From NCBI GenBank assembly GCA_963702475.1, contig CAVPCT010000005.1, positions 992,001-1,056,000 of the forward strand: a stretch of 64,000 nt of DNA. The letters are read 5' to 3'. Source of the DNA: an uncultured Thermoleophilia bacterium. GTDB taxonomy: Bacteria > Actinomycetota > Thermoleophilia > UBA2241. Position 1 is the stretch's first letter. Each line of letters begins with the position of its first letter. The translations under genes were made by a program, and so were the position numbers. The notes beneath the pieces were generated by a model. It ran no database searches, was not told the DNA's origin, and saw only the letters and a program-made list of their open reading frames with translations. This document shows positions 51,689 to 63,349 of this stretch, in pieces.

Positions 51689-52890
51689 CTACTCCCCATC
51701 GCGGTCGACTGCCGGCCGGCGGTCGCCCCTCGGCGAGTCCTGCACAGGTGAATCCGGCGCAAGACGATGTCCGGCCCAACGGCGCAGCGCCGCCCGCGCT
51801 GGGAGCTCAACGAGTCTGTAGCCGAGAACGGCGCCGATTGCGACGGCCGCAAGCCAGACTGCCGCTACCGCCACCTTGGTTCCCACCCCCGCGGCGACGA
51901 ATGCGGCCGGGTCGAGAACCTTCACCATGAACAAGATGACGACGCCGTGAGTGACGTAGAGCGAGTACGACAGCGCGCCACCGACGAGCATGGCACGCGT
52001 AGAGAGGACGCGACACAGGCTACCGCGCGAATAGGCGGCGCCCAGCGTGAGCGCCGCAAACAGCGGGGCGGCCCAGAATGTGGCAACGCCGGCGAGCGAG
52101 AAGGGAAACACCATCGAGGGAAGTGGCCCAGCGCCAGAAGGCAGAGCCCGGTGAGGATCAGGAGCGCGCTCGTTGCCACCACCCGTGAGGACCAGCGCCA
52201 GTGCGGCACAGCCCAGAAGAAGCGGTACAGGAGGCAGCCGGCGGTGAAGTCGCAGATCACCCGCACGATTCGAGGGAGGTCGCCGAGAGGGGCGATCGAC
52301 AGGGCCAGCAGCATGACAGCCATGACGAGTGCGGCCAAGACCAGCGCTGTAGCCGGCCTGCGCACTCTGCCGACCGCCAGCGCGAAGAGCGGGAAGGCAA
52401 GGTACATGCCGCAGAGAGCACTGATCGCCCAGGTGGGTATGATGACCGACGGGACGCCGAGCCAGGCTTGGATGAGCAGGAAGTTCGCCACAATGACGAG
52501 GGGTTGGAGAAGGCCCCTCTGCCAGGGCCCGCCCGGCTCGGCGATGAAGATGGTCGCCGCGTAGAGCGCAAGCAGGCACGAGAAGTAGAGCGGGTAGATG
52601 CGAGAGAAGCGGTTCCAGAGAAAGAGTCGGTATGACGGCTCGAGTGGGGCGTGAGAACCGGCTGGCGTATCCGTAGCACAGGATGAATCCGCTGAGGATG
52701 ATGAAGAAGTCAACGCCGAGATAGCCCGAAGCGGTCACGGTCTCGACGAGAGAGTGCCAACGAGACGGTGGAACGAGGACCAGGAGCACGGAATCCAGGT
52801 GATACAGCGCAACCCATATGGCTGCGATCCCCGGAGGCCATTCAGCGGCAGAATGACGTCCGGACGCTTCGGGAGAAGAGGGTCCGCCAT
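51689..52890 (-). CDS. Acyltransferase family 3 (OafA-like) membrane O-acyltransferase (multiple frameshifts)
   Basis: LNGLRG..AAIWVALYH, GYLGVDFFIILSGFIL, RFSRIYPLY, GALSYSLYVTH, YRLVELP. Confidence 0.85.
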
Positions 52891-53146
52891 GTGCTCATCC
52901 TAACGTTGTTCCATGCCGCGTAATTGACAAGATCGATCCACCTCAGCTCCAGCAGCACGACAGGAGACGAGCCCCTGGCCCAACGAGCCAACGACGTGGG
53001 CGATTCTGATAGTCTTGCTCGCGGTGACTCTAGGGCATCCGAAGCGGCCGTCTTCGCCGGGAGGGGCGGCACACCCGCAGCGCCCTCGCGGGTCAGAGCA
53101 GCGGCGAAAGGATTGGCCTTGTCAGGCACCAGCCAAGGAGGTCGCC

Positions 53147-54583
53147 GTGTTTAGGATGAGCAGCGTCGCGGTCCTGCTGCTTGCAGCCGTGCTGGCCGCA
53201 TTGAGCCTCCCGGCGACCCCCGCGTACTCCGCTACAACCGCCTCCAAAGCCCTGCGGTTCGAAGTCGTGAAGCGCACGACGACGCATGTCATCGTCGAGC
53301 GCGGCTCTGTCCGACTCACGGTTGGATCCAGCAGCAGTTACGTTTCGGTGCATGGAGTGAGGCGCTACCGTGTGATCGAGCGCGCCAGGACCCACCATAT
53401 GCTCATGCCGGTCGTCAACGTCGTCGCTTACGGCGCAAGGCGTGACGGCAGAACCGACGACACGGCGGCGATAGCGAGGGCCATGCGCGCCGCCGCAAGT
53501 GCAGCGAAGGGCGTCTACCTGCCCGCGGGAACGTACCGCGTGAGCTCGATCACGATGCCGTCTGGACTCGCTGTCTTCGGCGCGGGCATGGACCGGGCTT
53601 GGCTCAGGGGCCATCTCGCCTTCGGCAGCAATCAGCTCATCAGCGACCTCAGGATCGGCGACGCCGGCAAGTCGGCGGTCCACAACAGGGCGGGTGCTGC
53701 TTGGAGCGTCTTCGAGCGTGTCCACTTCCGCGGCGGCGGCGGCGCTGGCTGGCACGGGCCGGTGATGTTGCTGGGCGGGAGCAAGTCCTGCTCCAACATC
53801 ACCTTCAGGCGTTGTGAGGTAGAACGCAACGTCGGCATCGAGGACTCCTCCTTCAGCAACGGCTACAACGACATCTCGGTCTACGAGTCCAGAGGCGGCC
53901 ACGTCTCCGACATCACGTTCGATGGCTGCCACATCGGCGTCACGAACGGTGTCGCCACCGGCTCGCCACGCATGGGGCTGGAGTGCTGGACGGCCCCCGG
54001 CTCCGGCATCGGCTGGCGCAACATCACCGTGCGCGGCTGCGTCTTCGAGGCGACCGCCATCCACCAACTCGACTTCGCCTGCTACGGCCACTCCGGTCAG
54101 GCCACCGGCGTCATGGTCGAGGACTGCACCTTCAAGGGCGGAGGCCTCGACATGAAGAGCACCCTCTGGGGCTACAGCATCTGTCTGGAGTGGCCGTTCG
54201 ATGTGGTCATTCGCAACAACCACTTCCAGCGCTGCTCTGAGGCGGCCATCTACAATGCCAACTTCGGCCAGTCGTACGACACCCGCTGGATCATCACCGG
54301 CAACACCTTCGATTTCGACACGGCCGAATACGGCATCACCGCCCGTCGCGGCATCGTGGTCATCTCCAGCGCGAACAACATCATCACCGGCAACACCTTC
54401 ACCTGGCATGGCTCGTTCTCCGGCTGGCCCACCAATGGGTGCGTGGAGTTCGCAGGCGCCGACGCGACCGGCAACACTGTCTCCGGGAACATCTTTAACA
54501 TCAGCCAGACACAGGAGCTCTCCAACGAGTGGGACGGGGCGATCGGCAACACTGTCTCCGGGAACACGGTGATACGCCAGTAG
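53147..54583 (+). CDS. Secreted pectin-lyase-like right-handed beta-helix protein
   Basis: AAGGAGG RBS, signal peptide, VNVVAYGARRDGRTDDTAAI...VYLPAGTY, repeated I(T/S)GNTF coils; intact. Confidence 0.88.
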   Translation: MFRMSSVAVLLLAAVLAALSLPATPAYSATTASKALRFEVVKRTTTHVIVERGSVRLTVGSSSSYVSVHGVRRYRVIERARTHHMLMPVVNVVAYGARRDGRTDDTAAIARAMRAAASAAKGVYLPAGTYRVSSITMPSGLAVFGAGMDRAWLRGHLAFGSNQLISDLRIGDAGKSAVHNRAGAAWSVFERVHFRGGGGAGWHGPVMLLGGSKSCSNITFRRCEVERNVGIEDSSFSNGYNDISVYESRGGHVSDITFDGCHIGVTNGVATGSPRMGLECWTAPGSGIGWRNITVRGCVFEATAIHQLDFACYGHSGQATGVMVEDCTFKGGGLDMKSTLWGYSICLEWPFDVVIRNNHFQRCSEAAIYNANFGQSYDTRWIITGNTFDFDTAEYGITARRGIVVISSANNIITGNTFTWHGSFSGWPTNGCVEFAGADATGNTVSGNIFNISQTQELSNEWDGAIGNTVSGNTVIRQ

Positions 54584-54764
54584 CGACACACGACCTCGGG
54601 CGTCATGGTCGACGAGGGATACGATCGCCCAGCGGGCTGAGGCAGCACGCAACCCCACGCCGGAATCACCAGGACGTCCTGAATCCTCGACGGGCGCTGA
54701 CCTATCGCCGCCGAGTGTGCCCGATGTGCCGGTCTTCAGCCTCGACTTGCGATAGGCTTGCACC

Positions 54765-55760
54765 ATGAGCAAGAAGGTGCTCGTTACCGGCTGCGCCGGG
54801 TTCATCGGCTCGCATCTGACGGACAGGCTTCTGGCCGACGGATATGGCGTGGTCGGGATCGACTCCTTCGAGGACTACTACCCACGGGCCGACAAAGAGA
54901 TGAATCTCGAAAGCGCGATGTTGAGCCCCGCTTTCACCCTGTACGATGCGAACATCCTGGACCTGACGGCAGACGCCGGAAGTGCCGAGCAGGACCTCAC
55001 CAGAGACCGCAGTCTCACGTCCCTCCTCGCCGACTGTGATTGCGTCTACCATCTCGCCGCTCAGGCCGGCGTGCGTTCTAGCTGGGGCAGCTCGTTCGAG
55101 GTGTACGCGCGCAACAACGTCTTGGCGACGCAACAGCTCCTCGAGGCATGCGTGGCCTCAGGTGTGCACAAGGTCATCTATGCGTCTTCATCGTCCGTCT
55201 ACGGTGATCAGGAGGAGCTGCCGCTGCGGGAAGACATGCTCCCCAGGCCACGCTCGCCCTACGGCGTCACCAAGCTGGCCGGCGAGCACCTCTGCGGCCT
55301 CTACCACGCCAACTACCAGCTCGACACGGTGTCTCTGCGCTTCTTCACCGTCTACGGCCCGCGACAACGGCCCGACATGGCCTTCAACAAGTTCATTCGA
55401 ACACTGCTGGAAGACCGTGACATCGTGGTCTACGGCGACGGAAGACAGACCCGCGACTTCACCTACGTGGACGACATCGTCGAAGGGCTGATGCTCGCCC
55501 AGGCGGCCGCGGCAGGCGCAATCATGAACATCGGCGGCGGGAACCGAGTGAGCCTCCGTGAGGCAATCGCGACGCTCGGCGATGTGATGGGAGTCAAGCC
55601 CCGTCTTCTGCTGCGGCCCGTTGAGGCCGGAGACGTTCGAGACACATGGGCCGATGTGAGCAGAGCAACGGCCTCGATCGGCTACCGGCCCACGACGAAG
55701 CTCGCGGCGGGACTGAAGCAGGAGTACGCGTGGATGGCGGCACGGAGCGCCGCGAGCTGA
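54765..55760 (+). CDS. NAD-dependent epimerase (UDP-glucuronate 4-epimerase-like)
   Basis: TGCAGFIGS, HLAAQAGVR, YASSSSVYG, YGVTK, RFFTVYGPRQRPDMA. Confidence 0.92.
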   Translation: MSKKVLVTGCAGFIGSHLTDRLLADGYGVVGIDSFEDYYPRADKEMNLESAMLSPAFTLYDANILDLTADAGSAEQDLTRDRSLTSLLADCDCVYHLAAQAGVRSSWGSSFEVYARNNVLATQQLLEACVASGVHKVIYASSSSVYGDQEELPLREDMLPRPRSPYGVTKLAGEHLCGLYHANYQLDTVSLRFFTVYGPRQRPDMAFNKFIRTLLEDRDIVVYGDGRQTRDFTYVDDIVEGLMLAQAAAAGAIMNIGGGNRVSLREAIATLGDVMGVKPRLLLRPVEAGDVRDTWADVSRATASIGYRPTTKLAAGLKQEYAWMAARSAAS

Positions 55761-55767
55761 CAGCCAG

Positions 55768-57308
55768 CTATGCGGCTGCTTCGCGACGACTCAGGCCGTC
55801 GATTCTTCTGATCACCCACGCGACGATCCCAGGATTCTCTCGACGATAGCCTGCCTGGTCGAGGCGACCCCGGATCTCGCGCCAGAGTGCACCGTGGCGC
55901 GCCCTCGCGATCGCAACGAGCAGAAGAAGCGCTCCCAAAGCGACCTGGACCGTGAGGATGATCGGCGCCGGCCAGCCGATCTCGGTGAGACCCACGTTGA
56001 TCCCGAAGAGAGCTGCCCCTGTGATGACGCCGGCAGCACACCCTATCGGAATAGGCGCTCCAGAGGTCGGCCAGACCGAAGGCTGAACATGCGCCTCATC
56101 ACCAAGAGGTAGGCGACGTGGTTGATGAGCTCAGAAAGGGCGAACGCTGCAGCGATCCCGACGACGCCGTACCGCGTAAGCAGGGCCAGGAGCGCCACGA
56201 ACCAGCACAAGGCGACAGGCCACGATCACGATCTTCACGTTCAAGGTCGCCGTGGCTTCGCACATGATGGCGCCGACGTGAGTGAGCACCGTGAAGGGGA
56301 CGGCCAGCGACAGAACGGCGAGCACTGGGATCGCGTCGGTCCATTGGTCACCGAGCAGCGTGATGACTATCTGGCGCGCGGCGCCGGCCATGCCCCAGGC
56401 GAGTCGGCATCCCGATCGCCGCGACGATCGTGATGGTGACGATGTAGACCGACCCGAGTCTGCCGCGGTCGTGTTGAAGGCGGCTGTATCCGGGCAGCAG
56501 GACACGCGTCACGCTGACCAGAAGGGTGTTTAGTGGGGCGTTGGCCAGATTGGTCGCGCGTGTGTACACGCCGGTCGCTGCTGCTCCCAGAGAGTGGCCC
56601 GACCACACGGTATCGAGCGTGCTCGCGATTGCCTGGCCGAAGGCGATCAACGAGACCCGCCCGCCGAACGAGTAGATGGTCTTGAACGAGTGCCAGTCCA
56701 GACCGAGGCCGATCTCATGGCGACAAAGGAGCGTGAAGGCCGCCGCGGCAAGCGCACCGGCGCAGAGCGAGGCGACGACCAGGCTCCACGCTCCGAAACC
56801 CAGCAGGGCCATGGTCACGCCGACGAGAGCGTAGCCAAAGACGTACGAGCCGATCTGTGTGAGTGCGACAGTGCGAAACGCAAAGCGGCGTTGGAGCAGT
56901 CCTTCCGTGGTCGTCCTCAGACCGCCGATCACGAAAGCTCAGGGACATGACGCGGGTGACGGCCACCACCCCGGGTGTATCGGGGAAGAGGATGCCGGCG
57001 AGTGGCGCCAGGACCACAAAGAGGGCGCAGAAGGCCGCACCCATGAGCAGCGAAGACGTGAACGCGGTGTGGATGTCACGGGCGCTGAGATCCGACTTCT
57101 GAACGATGGCCTGGCCGGCGCCCATCACGGCGAATTGCTGCCCGTACCACAGGAGGACGTTGGCCATCGCCACAAGGCCAAAGGCGCTGGGCGAGAGCAG
57201 CCGGGCGAGCAGGGCCGTCACGCCGATCTGCAGCACCACAGATCACCAAAGTGGAGGCGTAGCTCCACTTCATGCCGTGGATGTGGAAGAGGTCAGGCTC
57301 TCGGACAT
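55768..57308 (-). CDS. Wzx (WzxC-like) flippase (multiple frameshifts)
   Basis: AMKWSY, LARLLSPSAFGLVAMA, LLQRRFAFR, GFGAWSLV, LGAAATGVY, LLGDQWTDAIPVL spread over several frames. Confidence 0.85.
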
Positions 57309-57309
57309 C

Positions 57310-57546
57310 GAGTCCTCGGCCCGGCGGGCGGCCTCAATGCGGCGATGGCCGCAGGAGAGGTCGCCCCGCTCGGACTCGACGACCTGTCCGAGGCTCTCGC
57401 GCGGGGGCAGAGCGAATGTCGCGAAGGGGCGAAGATCGCCACGTCGTGGCCATTCGAAGTGGGCACTTCTCCAGGGCAAGGACATGGACACAGTCGCCAC
57501 CCCGCGGGTAGCAGAAGGAGTTGACGAGGAGAACCCGCGCAGACAT
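57310..57546 (-). pseudogene. Truncated GT4 glycosyltransferase (first ~40 codons only)
   Basis: MSARVLLVNSFCYPRGGDCVHVLALEK../..GHDVAIFA; ATG coupled to the upstream stop (TGATG); remainder missing. Confidence 0.65.
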
Positions 57547-58622
57547 CAGAAGGCAGCGACTTCGCGATACACGTCCAGGAGATCAGCCAGCATCCGCTCG
57601 GTACTGAACTGCTCCATCAGGCGTCGCCTGCCGGCTACACCCATGCGATGGGCGACTTCGGGATTCTCAGCGAGTCCCCGCAGACGCTCGACGAGAAGAC
57701 CGCTGCTGCCGGCGTCGATCAAGTAGCCCGTTTCGCCGTCGAGGACGAGCTCGGGGTTTCCTCCCCCCCGTGTGCAGATGACGGGCAAGCCGCAAGCCAT
57801 GTACTCCATGAGAGCGTTCGAACAGCCCTCGCGGTGCTCTCGCTCGTCGGTCATGAGCACTCCGATGTCCGCTTCCCGGATCGCGGGCAGGGCTTCGGGA
57901 CCAGGATCGATGAACGTGGTCACGCCGCGCTCGGTCAGGTCGCGCGCCTCAGAGAGCAGCCGCTGCCTGTCGGGTCCATATCCGACGAGCACGAACCGCC
58001 AGCGCTGTCGGTCATTGGCGTCCAGGTTCCTTGCGGCACGGATCACGGTCGAGAAGTCCTTCTGCGGGGTCATGCGACCTGTCATGACCACCACGGTCGC
58101 AGAGTCGTGTCGCTCGGGCTTCGCCTCACAGAGTGCCAGTCGCTCCGGATCGAAGCCGTTGTACACGACTCGTCCCTTGGCCGCAGGGACGCCATAGGCA
58201 AGAAGCCCCGCCATGCTGTTCGCGATGACGCGCTGTGACAGGGTCATGCACAGCCGTCGCATCCCGGGGCGATGCGGCTCGACGAAGCCGGCGCGAATGG
58301 TACCGTCGATCACAGGGATCCTCAGCACGGCGCACAACGGCAGAGCCGCAGATGAGGCCATCCAATCCCACGAGTGCACGACGTCCGGGCGCCAGTCCCA
58401 CAGAAGGCGCCACAGGTCCCAGGCCGGGCGCACGTCCATGCGAGCCGCACGCGGCCTGATGTACACGCGATGCCCCTGAGCCGCGATCACGTCGGCGAAT
58501 GGCCCTCCGGCCATGGTCCACACGCGACGTTCCCATTCAGCCGGCAGGTACTTCGTCGTCAGCGCAAGCTGACGCTCTGCCCCTCCGATGCCCAGGTCCT
58601 CCTTCAGGAACAACACCTTCAC
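57546..58622 (-). CDS. GT4 glycosyltransferase
   Basis: GGAERQL, VVYNG, GRMTPQKD, EGCSNALMEYMACGLPVI, GGNPELV. Confidence 0.95.
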   Translation of the reverse strand: MKVLFLKEDLGIGGAERQLALTTKYLPAEWERRVWTMAGGPFADVIAAQGHRVYIRPRAARMDVRPAWDLWRLLWDWRPDVVHSWDWMASSAALPLCAVLRIPVIDGTIRAGFVEPHRPGMRRLCMTLSQRVIANSMAGLLAYGVPAAKGRVVYNGFDPERLALCEAKPERHDSATVVVMTGRMTPQKDFSTVIRAARNLDANDRQRWRFVLVGYGPDRQRLLSEARDLTERGVTTFIDPGPEALPAIREADIGVLMTDEREHREGCSNALMEYMACGLPVICTRGGGNPELVLDGETGYLIDAGSSGLLVERLRGLAENPEVAHRMGVAGRRRLMEQFSTERMLADLLDVYREVAAF

Positions 58623-58751
58623 CTGGGCCTCGCCTCGTCAGGTTCGAGAGCCGCTTGAGAGGCGTGGCGCCCCCGGCCCCAACGCCGGCGCGGCGGTACT
58701 CTCTTCGGCGAATCATTGTCCGTGGAGGCGGCTTCCATCCTGCGGCGGAGT

Positions 58752-60251
58752 CTATACCAGGCGGCGCGCGGGCCCGATGGCCGCTCGCAGCACGTCGCGA
58801 GGCGCCAGCCCCGGCTTGTCGCTCTTGATGAACCGGCAGCACATGACCACTTCGGGCAGCGAGAGACGAATCGGAGTCGGCGGGAAGTCGTCGGAGTGCC
58901 AAACGCGCGGATCTGACAAGGCCGAGGCGTAGGAGACCTCGGAGATCGTGTAGCGATACTTACCCGAGGCCGCGGGTTCGATCCGGTCGCAGTACTCGAA
59001 GTCCACACGACATCCGTCTCCCATGACTGCCCGCACTCCGTCGACGATCTGGCGCTCCGCATCGCCGGGTTGATCCGAACAGCGGACGATACGGACGAGG
59101 ATGCTGCGTAGTCCTTCTGAATGAACTGGAAACGCGATACCCAATCACGAAAGAAGAGGAGATGCGTGAAGTAGCCCCCGTTGATCACGTTCCGTCCCGC
59201 AATCTGAAGGCGTCAACAGTCCTGCCCGTGACTCGCTGCAGCACGCGGGCAGCTTCTCCCTGCCATCCGGTTCCCGCAGGAGCAAGAGCGCCCCGATCGC
59301 CGATGCGGTAGCGGAGAAGGGGCATCGCGTAGTTCGTCAGGAGCGTCACGACCAATTCGCCTTCTATCCCGTCCGGCACGGGATTACCCGCATCGTCGAG
59401 GACCTCGATGTGCACGCCCCAAGGAGCTACCCACAGGCCGTCGCACTGAGGGATCTCACAGGCCATGTCGCCGACCTCGCGCGACCCGTACCGATTGAAC
59501 ACACGACAGCCGAAGACACGCTCGATCGTCTCTCGCATGAAGGGGTAGAGCGTGCCTGCCGACGTCATCACGGCGCGCTGAGGACGGACGGAGATGCCTT
59601 CACGTTCGGCGAAGGCAGCGACTTCGTACGCCGCCTGGGCATAGGACAAGAGAAGGTGAGGTGGTCGCCTGTTGAGCATCTCGATCAGATCGACCATGAC
59701 CTCTCTCGTCATCCTGAACGCGTTGACGGTCGTCGTGTTGGAGATCTGGGAGCGGATCCAGGCTCCCGCGCCTTGGCCGTTCTGAAGGATCTCTCGCTCG
59801 TCGCCCCAGAGGCGGATCTCGGGTTGCCCGAAGTCGCGACCGGCGAGGTGAGAGACAGGAGAGTAATGGCTCCCATGCGCGCCTCATAGGCGGAATCCTG
59901 AACCAGGCGCACAGGCATGCCCGTCGACCCGCCCGAGGTATTGAAGTACCAGTTCCGGGACTCAATGTCGGCGGATCGGAGACGGGAGAAGTCGCGTCGA
60001 ATGATTTCCTTCGTGAGCAGCGGCATCTGTCCGAGTGTCTCGAATGGGTCCGCCAGTGGACCACTTGGAATGAGATCCGCGTAGTACGGGACGTTGGCGC
60101 GCGCATGCTCCAGAAGGCGCCGCAGCTCGGAGACGGTCGTATCCACAGGGATTCCTTCTTCGAACTGCCGAAGATACTCGTCATAGAACGGGTACATCGA
60201 GTCGCCCCTGAGCGCACGCCAGACACGGTGAATGGACTGCCTAGGGTTCAT
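58752..60251 (-). CDS. Phenylacetate-CoA ligase-like (CapK-like) adenylate-forming enzyme (several frameshifts)
   Basis: VPYY, PLLTKE, TSGGSTG, YGSREVG, AMPLLRYRIGD, VTGR, ASGKYRY. Confidence 0.85.
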
Positions 60252-60425
60252 GCTCTCCCACAACCCCTCGCCTGCCAGTCGTTCTTGGGCCAGCATTCTG
60301 CAGGCGGAGAGCGTAGCACAGCGAGGACGATGGGCGTCGTCACCCTCTCAACGGCACGCCGGGCTCGCCGCTGGGCGAGGCGATGATCCACGGCGGGCCG
60401 CGGCTGGAGCAAGACCCCTTCTCCG

Positions 60426-61746
60426 CTATGCGGGAGGGATCTCGTCCTTCTTCAGACTGATTCCGCGGGTGGCTGAGGGCGAGTCGGATCTGCCGACGTC
60501 CGCCATGAAGGCGGCGAGTCGCCGGCACTGCGACACGACTTCGAACTCCCGTCGCGCCGTCTCGCGGCCTCGCGCTCCGACCTCGCGTGCCGCCGACGGG
60601 TCGGCGAACATCTCGGCCAGCCGGGCGGCGAAGGCTGGCGTGTCGTCCGGAGGGACGAGGTAGCCGTCCACGCCATCGCGCAAGTACAGCGGGATGTCGC
60701 CCGTCGCCGTGACCACGACCGGCTTCGCAGTCGCCAGGTACTCCCCGAGCTTCGTCGGAAACCCAGCCGTCGAGAAGAGCCCACTGGCTCTGGGCAGCGC
60801 GAAGGCAGTGGGCTTCTCCCAGGAGACCCGGCAACTCGGCCCGCTCGACTCTGCCCGTGAACTCCACTCGCTCGCCCAAGCCCATATCCGCGGCACGGGC
60901 CCGGAACCTGTCCAATGCGCGCGAATCGCTGCTCCCACCGATGATCCTCAGGCTCCACTGCGGGAATCGTGCCGCGACCTCGCCAAAGGCGTCGAGCAGG
61001 CAGTCGACTTCTCCCGGGTGGTCGAGGTGCCCGACGTAACAGAGGAGGTCCCGCCGAGATGCGTCGTCCGCCGGCGACAGGTCGAACTCGTCCAGGTCGA
61101 CGAGGATCGGGATACGGATGACCCGCGCTCCCCGGCGAACGCGTGCGAGGAAGTACTCCTCAAGACAGGTCGAGATCACGATGACCCCATCCACGAGCCG
61201 GAAGACGGTCTTCGCGTAGACCTGCGCCCATAGCCTCGTCAGGGTGGTGTCCGGCGCATACACGAAAGGATACTCGCTCTTCTCGAGCACACACGCCGAA
61301 CCCGCGAGCCTGCACACCGCGACTGTCATGATGATCCAAAGCGAAGGGGTCCCGCCGAACAGGATCACGTTCGCAGGGCGCTGGCCGAGCGTGCCTCGCA
61401 CCAGTCGCGCGAACCGAAGCGCCGAACGTACGTCACGCAGACGGCGGCGCGTGAACGTGGCTGCCCGATATGGACTGCCGCTCGAGTAGGTGAAAGGAAT
61501 ACCCCGATACAGGCCGTCGGCCTGACGGTTCTTCGCACCTTCGGCGCTGCGCTCGCTCCATCGCAGGCACACGACTCCGACCTCCCATCCGGCGGCGCGC
61601 AGCCCCTTGGCGTACGCATGGATGCGCGCCGCCGCGCCCGCCCCATTGGGGAAGCCGAATGCGCCGGCGATAAGGAGTCTCCGGCGGTCTCTCCGTTCGA
61701 CCGACCTGCTGTGTGATGCTCGACGCTGCACGGCGTCATGATACAT
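60426..61746 (-). CDS. GT4 glycosyltransferase (frameshift near 60810)
   Basis: FPNGAGAAARI, IPILVD, AGFPTKLGEYLATAKPVVVTATGDIP. Confidence 0.88.
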
Positions 61747-62071
61747 GCGCACCGTAGGTGAGTCCCGTGACGGGCTTACCGCACGAGGATGTCCCCAGGG
61801 TCACTGTCGGTGTCCGGTCCTGCCGTCGGAGGACGGCGAGGGGTCCCGGGGCAGTGGACTCAGGGAGAGCGCGGTCGGCCAGGCCGAGGCGGTCGTTGGT
61901 CCGCGAGCCGTCGGAGCGACTGGCCGCCGTGCAGCTGTGCATCTCCGACGCCCACGTGGGTCTGAACCGCGTCTCTACATGCTCGGCTGTCCCTGTCCAA
62001 CGGCTGCAGCGTCCTCGTCGTGAGAACGAATGTGGCGAATGGCCGCGCTCGAGGCCGGCACGTCGTTGAAT

Positions 62072-62655
62072 CTAGTCGCTGGTCTCGTGCCGGTCGTTCT
62101 GGCGGAACCGCTTGGGAACCGACCCCCGTAGAGGCGTACGCATCAGATAGGCTTTGGGGTCGCGGCGGTACTCCTCTTCATCGAAATCGGGGGTCGCCGC
62201 GAGCGACCACTCCGCGTACTGCTGAACGGTCATCACGGGCTCGGCTGGGTTGCCGGCGGCAAGGACACCCGGGGGAATGCTCCGTGTGACGACCGAGCCT
62301 GCAGCAATCACACAGTCCGGTCCTATGGTCACCCCCGGGAGGATGATGACTCCCCACCCGATGACGCAGTTGTCTCGAATGTCGATTCGGCCGAACTTGT
62401 GCACTTTCCCGTACCGCTCCGGATCGAGAGTCTGGAATACCTGGATGCCGCCGTCATGGGTGATCATCGCAACGCGGGCGGCGAAGCTCACATTGCGCCC
62501 GATGCTGATCAGAAAGGGTTCGGAGCCGAAACTCCGGGAGGCCTGAGAAGCGCAGTCGTCGCCGATGACGGCCCCGGCTCGGCGAGCGCGCCGGATGCCC
62601 AGGCGAAGACGCCATTCGCGCAGCTGAGCCGTGCTTGAACGAAGACGTTGGGCAT
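62072..62655 (-). CDS. Hexapeptide-repeat (LbH) O-acyltransferase
   Basis: FGSEPFLISIGRNV, ITHDGG, IDIRDNCVIG...ILPGVTIG...AGSVVT...GNPA; start approximate (probable indels). Confidence 0.85.
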
Positions 62656-62977
62656 GCGATCCCCGTGCCTGACGAAGGACCGCGTGCTGTGCGCGTGACC
62701 CGGCGATCTGCGCAGAACTCATGACCAGCATCATTCCAGCGTGCCACACCGTGTATCCTCGCCGACGTGCGAACCACATCGACGATGCCGCCTCGAAGAT
62801 GGTCAGGGGTTGGGAAACGCTCCAGTCCATTGACTCACAGGATACAGCGCCGGCACGACTCGTCGACCGCCGCGCGACTGGCACATCGCTGGAATCCGAC
62901 TATGCTCCTCAAGGTAGACTGTCCGCATTGTCGAGACATGCGGAGAACCATCGACACGGAAGGCGCGAAGGACCACT

Positions 62978-63244
62978 TTGGAGACATACGAAGCTGTTGC
63001 AGCCAAGATCCGCGACTACCTCTCGCGGAACTTCCTGTTCAGCGACCACGGGTTCGAGTACGACGATGATGCGTCGTTCCTGGAACTGGGCATCATCGAC
63101 TCCTTCGGCTTCATGGAGCTACTCCAGTGGGTACAGGAGGGGTTCAGCATCTCCGTGGCCGATGATGAACTCGTTCCCGACAACTTCGATTCGATCCGCA
63201 AGCTGAGCTCGTTCATCCTCGGCAAGAAGAGCGGCGGCGCCTGA
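62978..63244 (+). CDS. Acyl carrier protein
   Basis: SFLELGIIDSFG phosphopantetheine Ser motif, DDELVPDNFDSI; acidic, 88 aa. Confidence 0.93.
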   Translation: METYEAVAAKIRDYLSRNFLFSDHGFEYDDDASFLELGIIDSFGFMELLQWVQEGFSISVADDELVPDNFDSIRKLSSFILGKKSGGA

Positions 63245-63349
63245 GAGGCCACCGATGCTTGTTCGCCGGTACCGCCGCGCGTCTTTCGCGGAGTCGCGCT
63301 GACGCGACAACGATGTCCTCGGCAGGGTCACAAGCCCGGTCTAGTGGCC

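Noticed and set aside
50905-53146. c-di-GMP riboswitches in the leaders of the two beta-helix genes
   Set aside because: Hairpins exist (e.g. GCGAGCAGT...ACTGCTCGC near 51014-51035) but the GEMM core GGCAAA...GACGCAAA is not present; an Infernal/Rfam scan would settle it.
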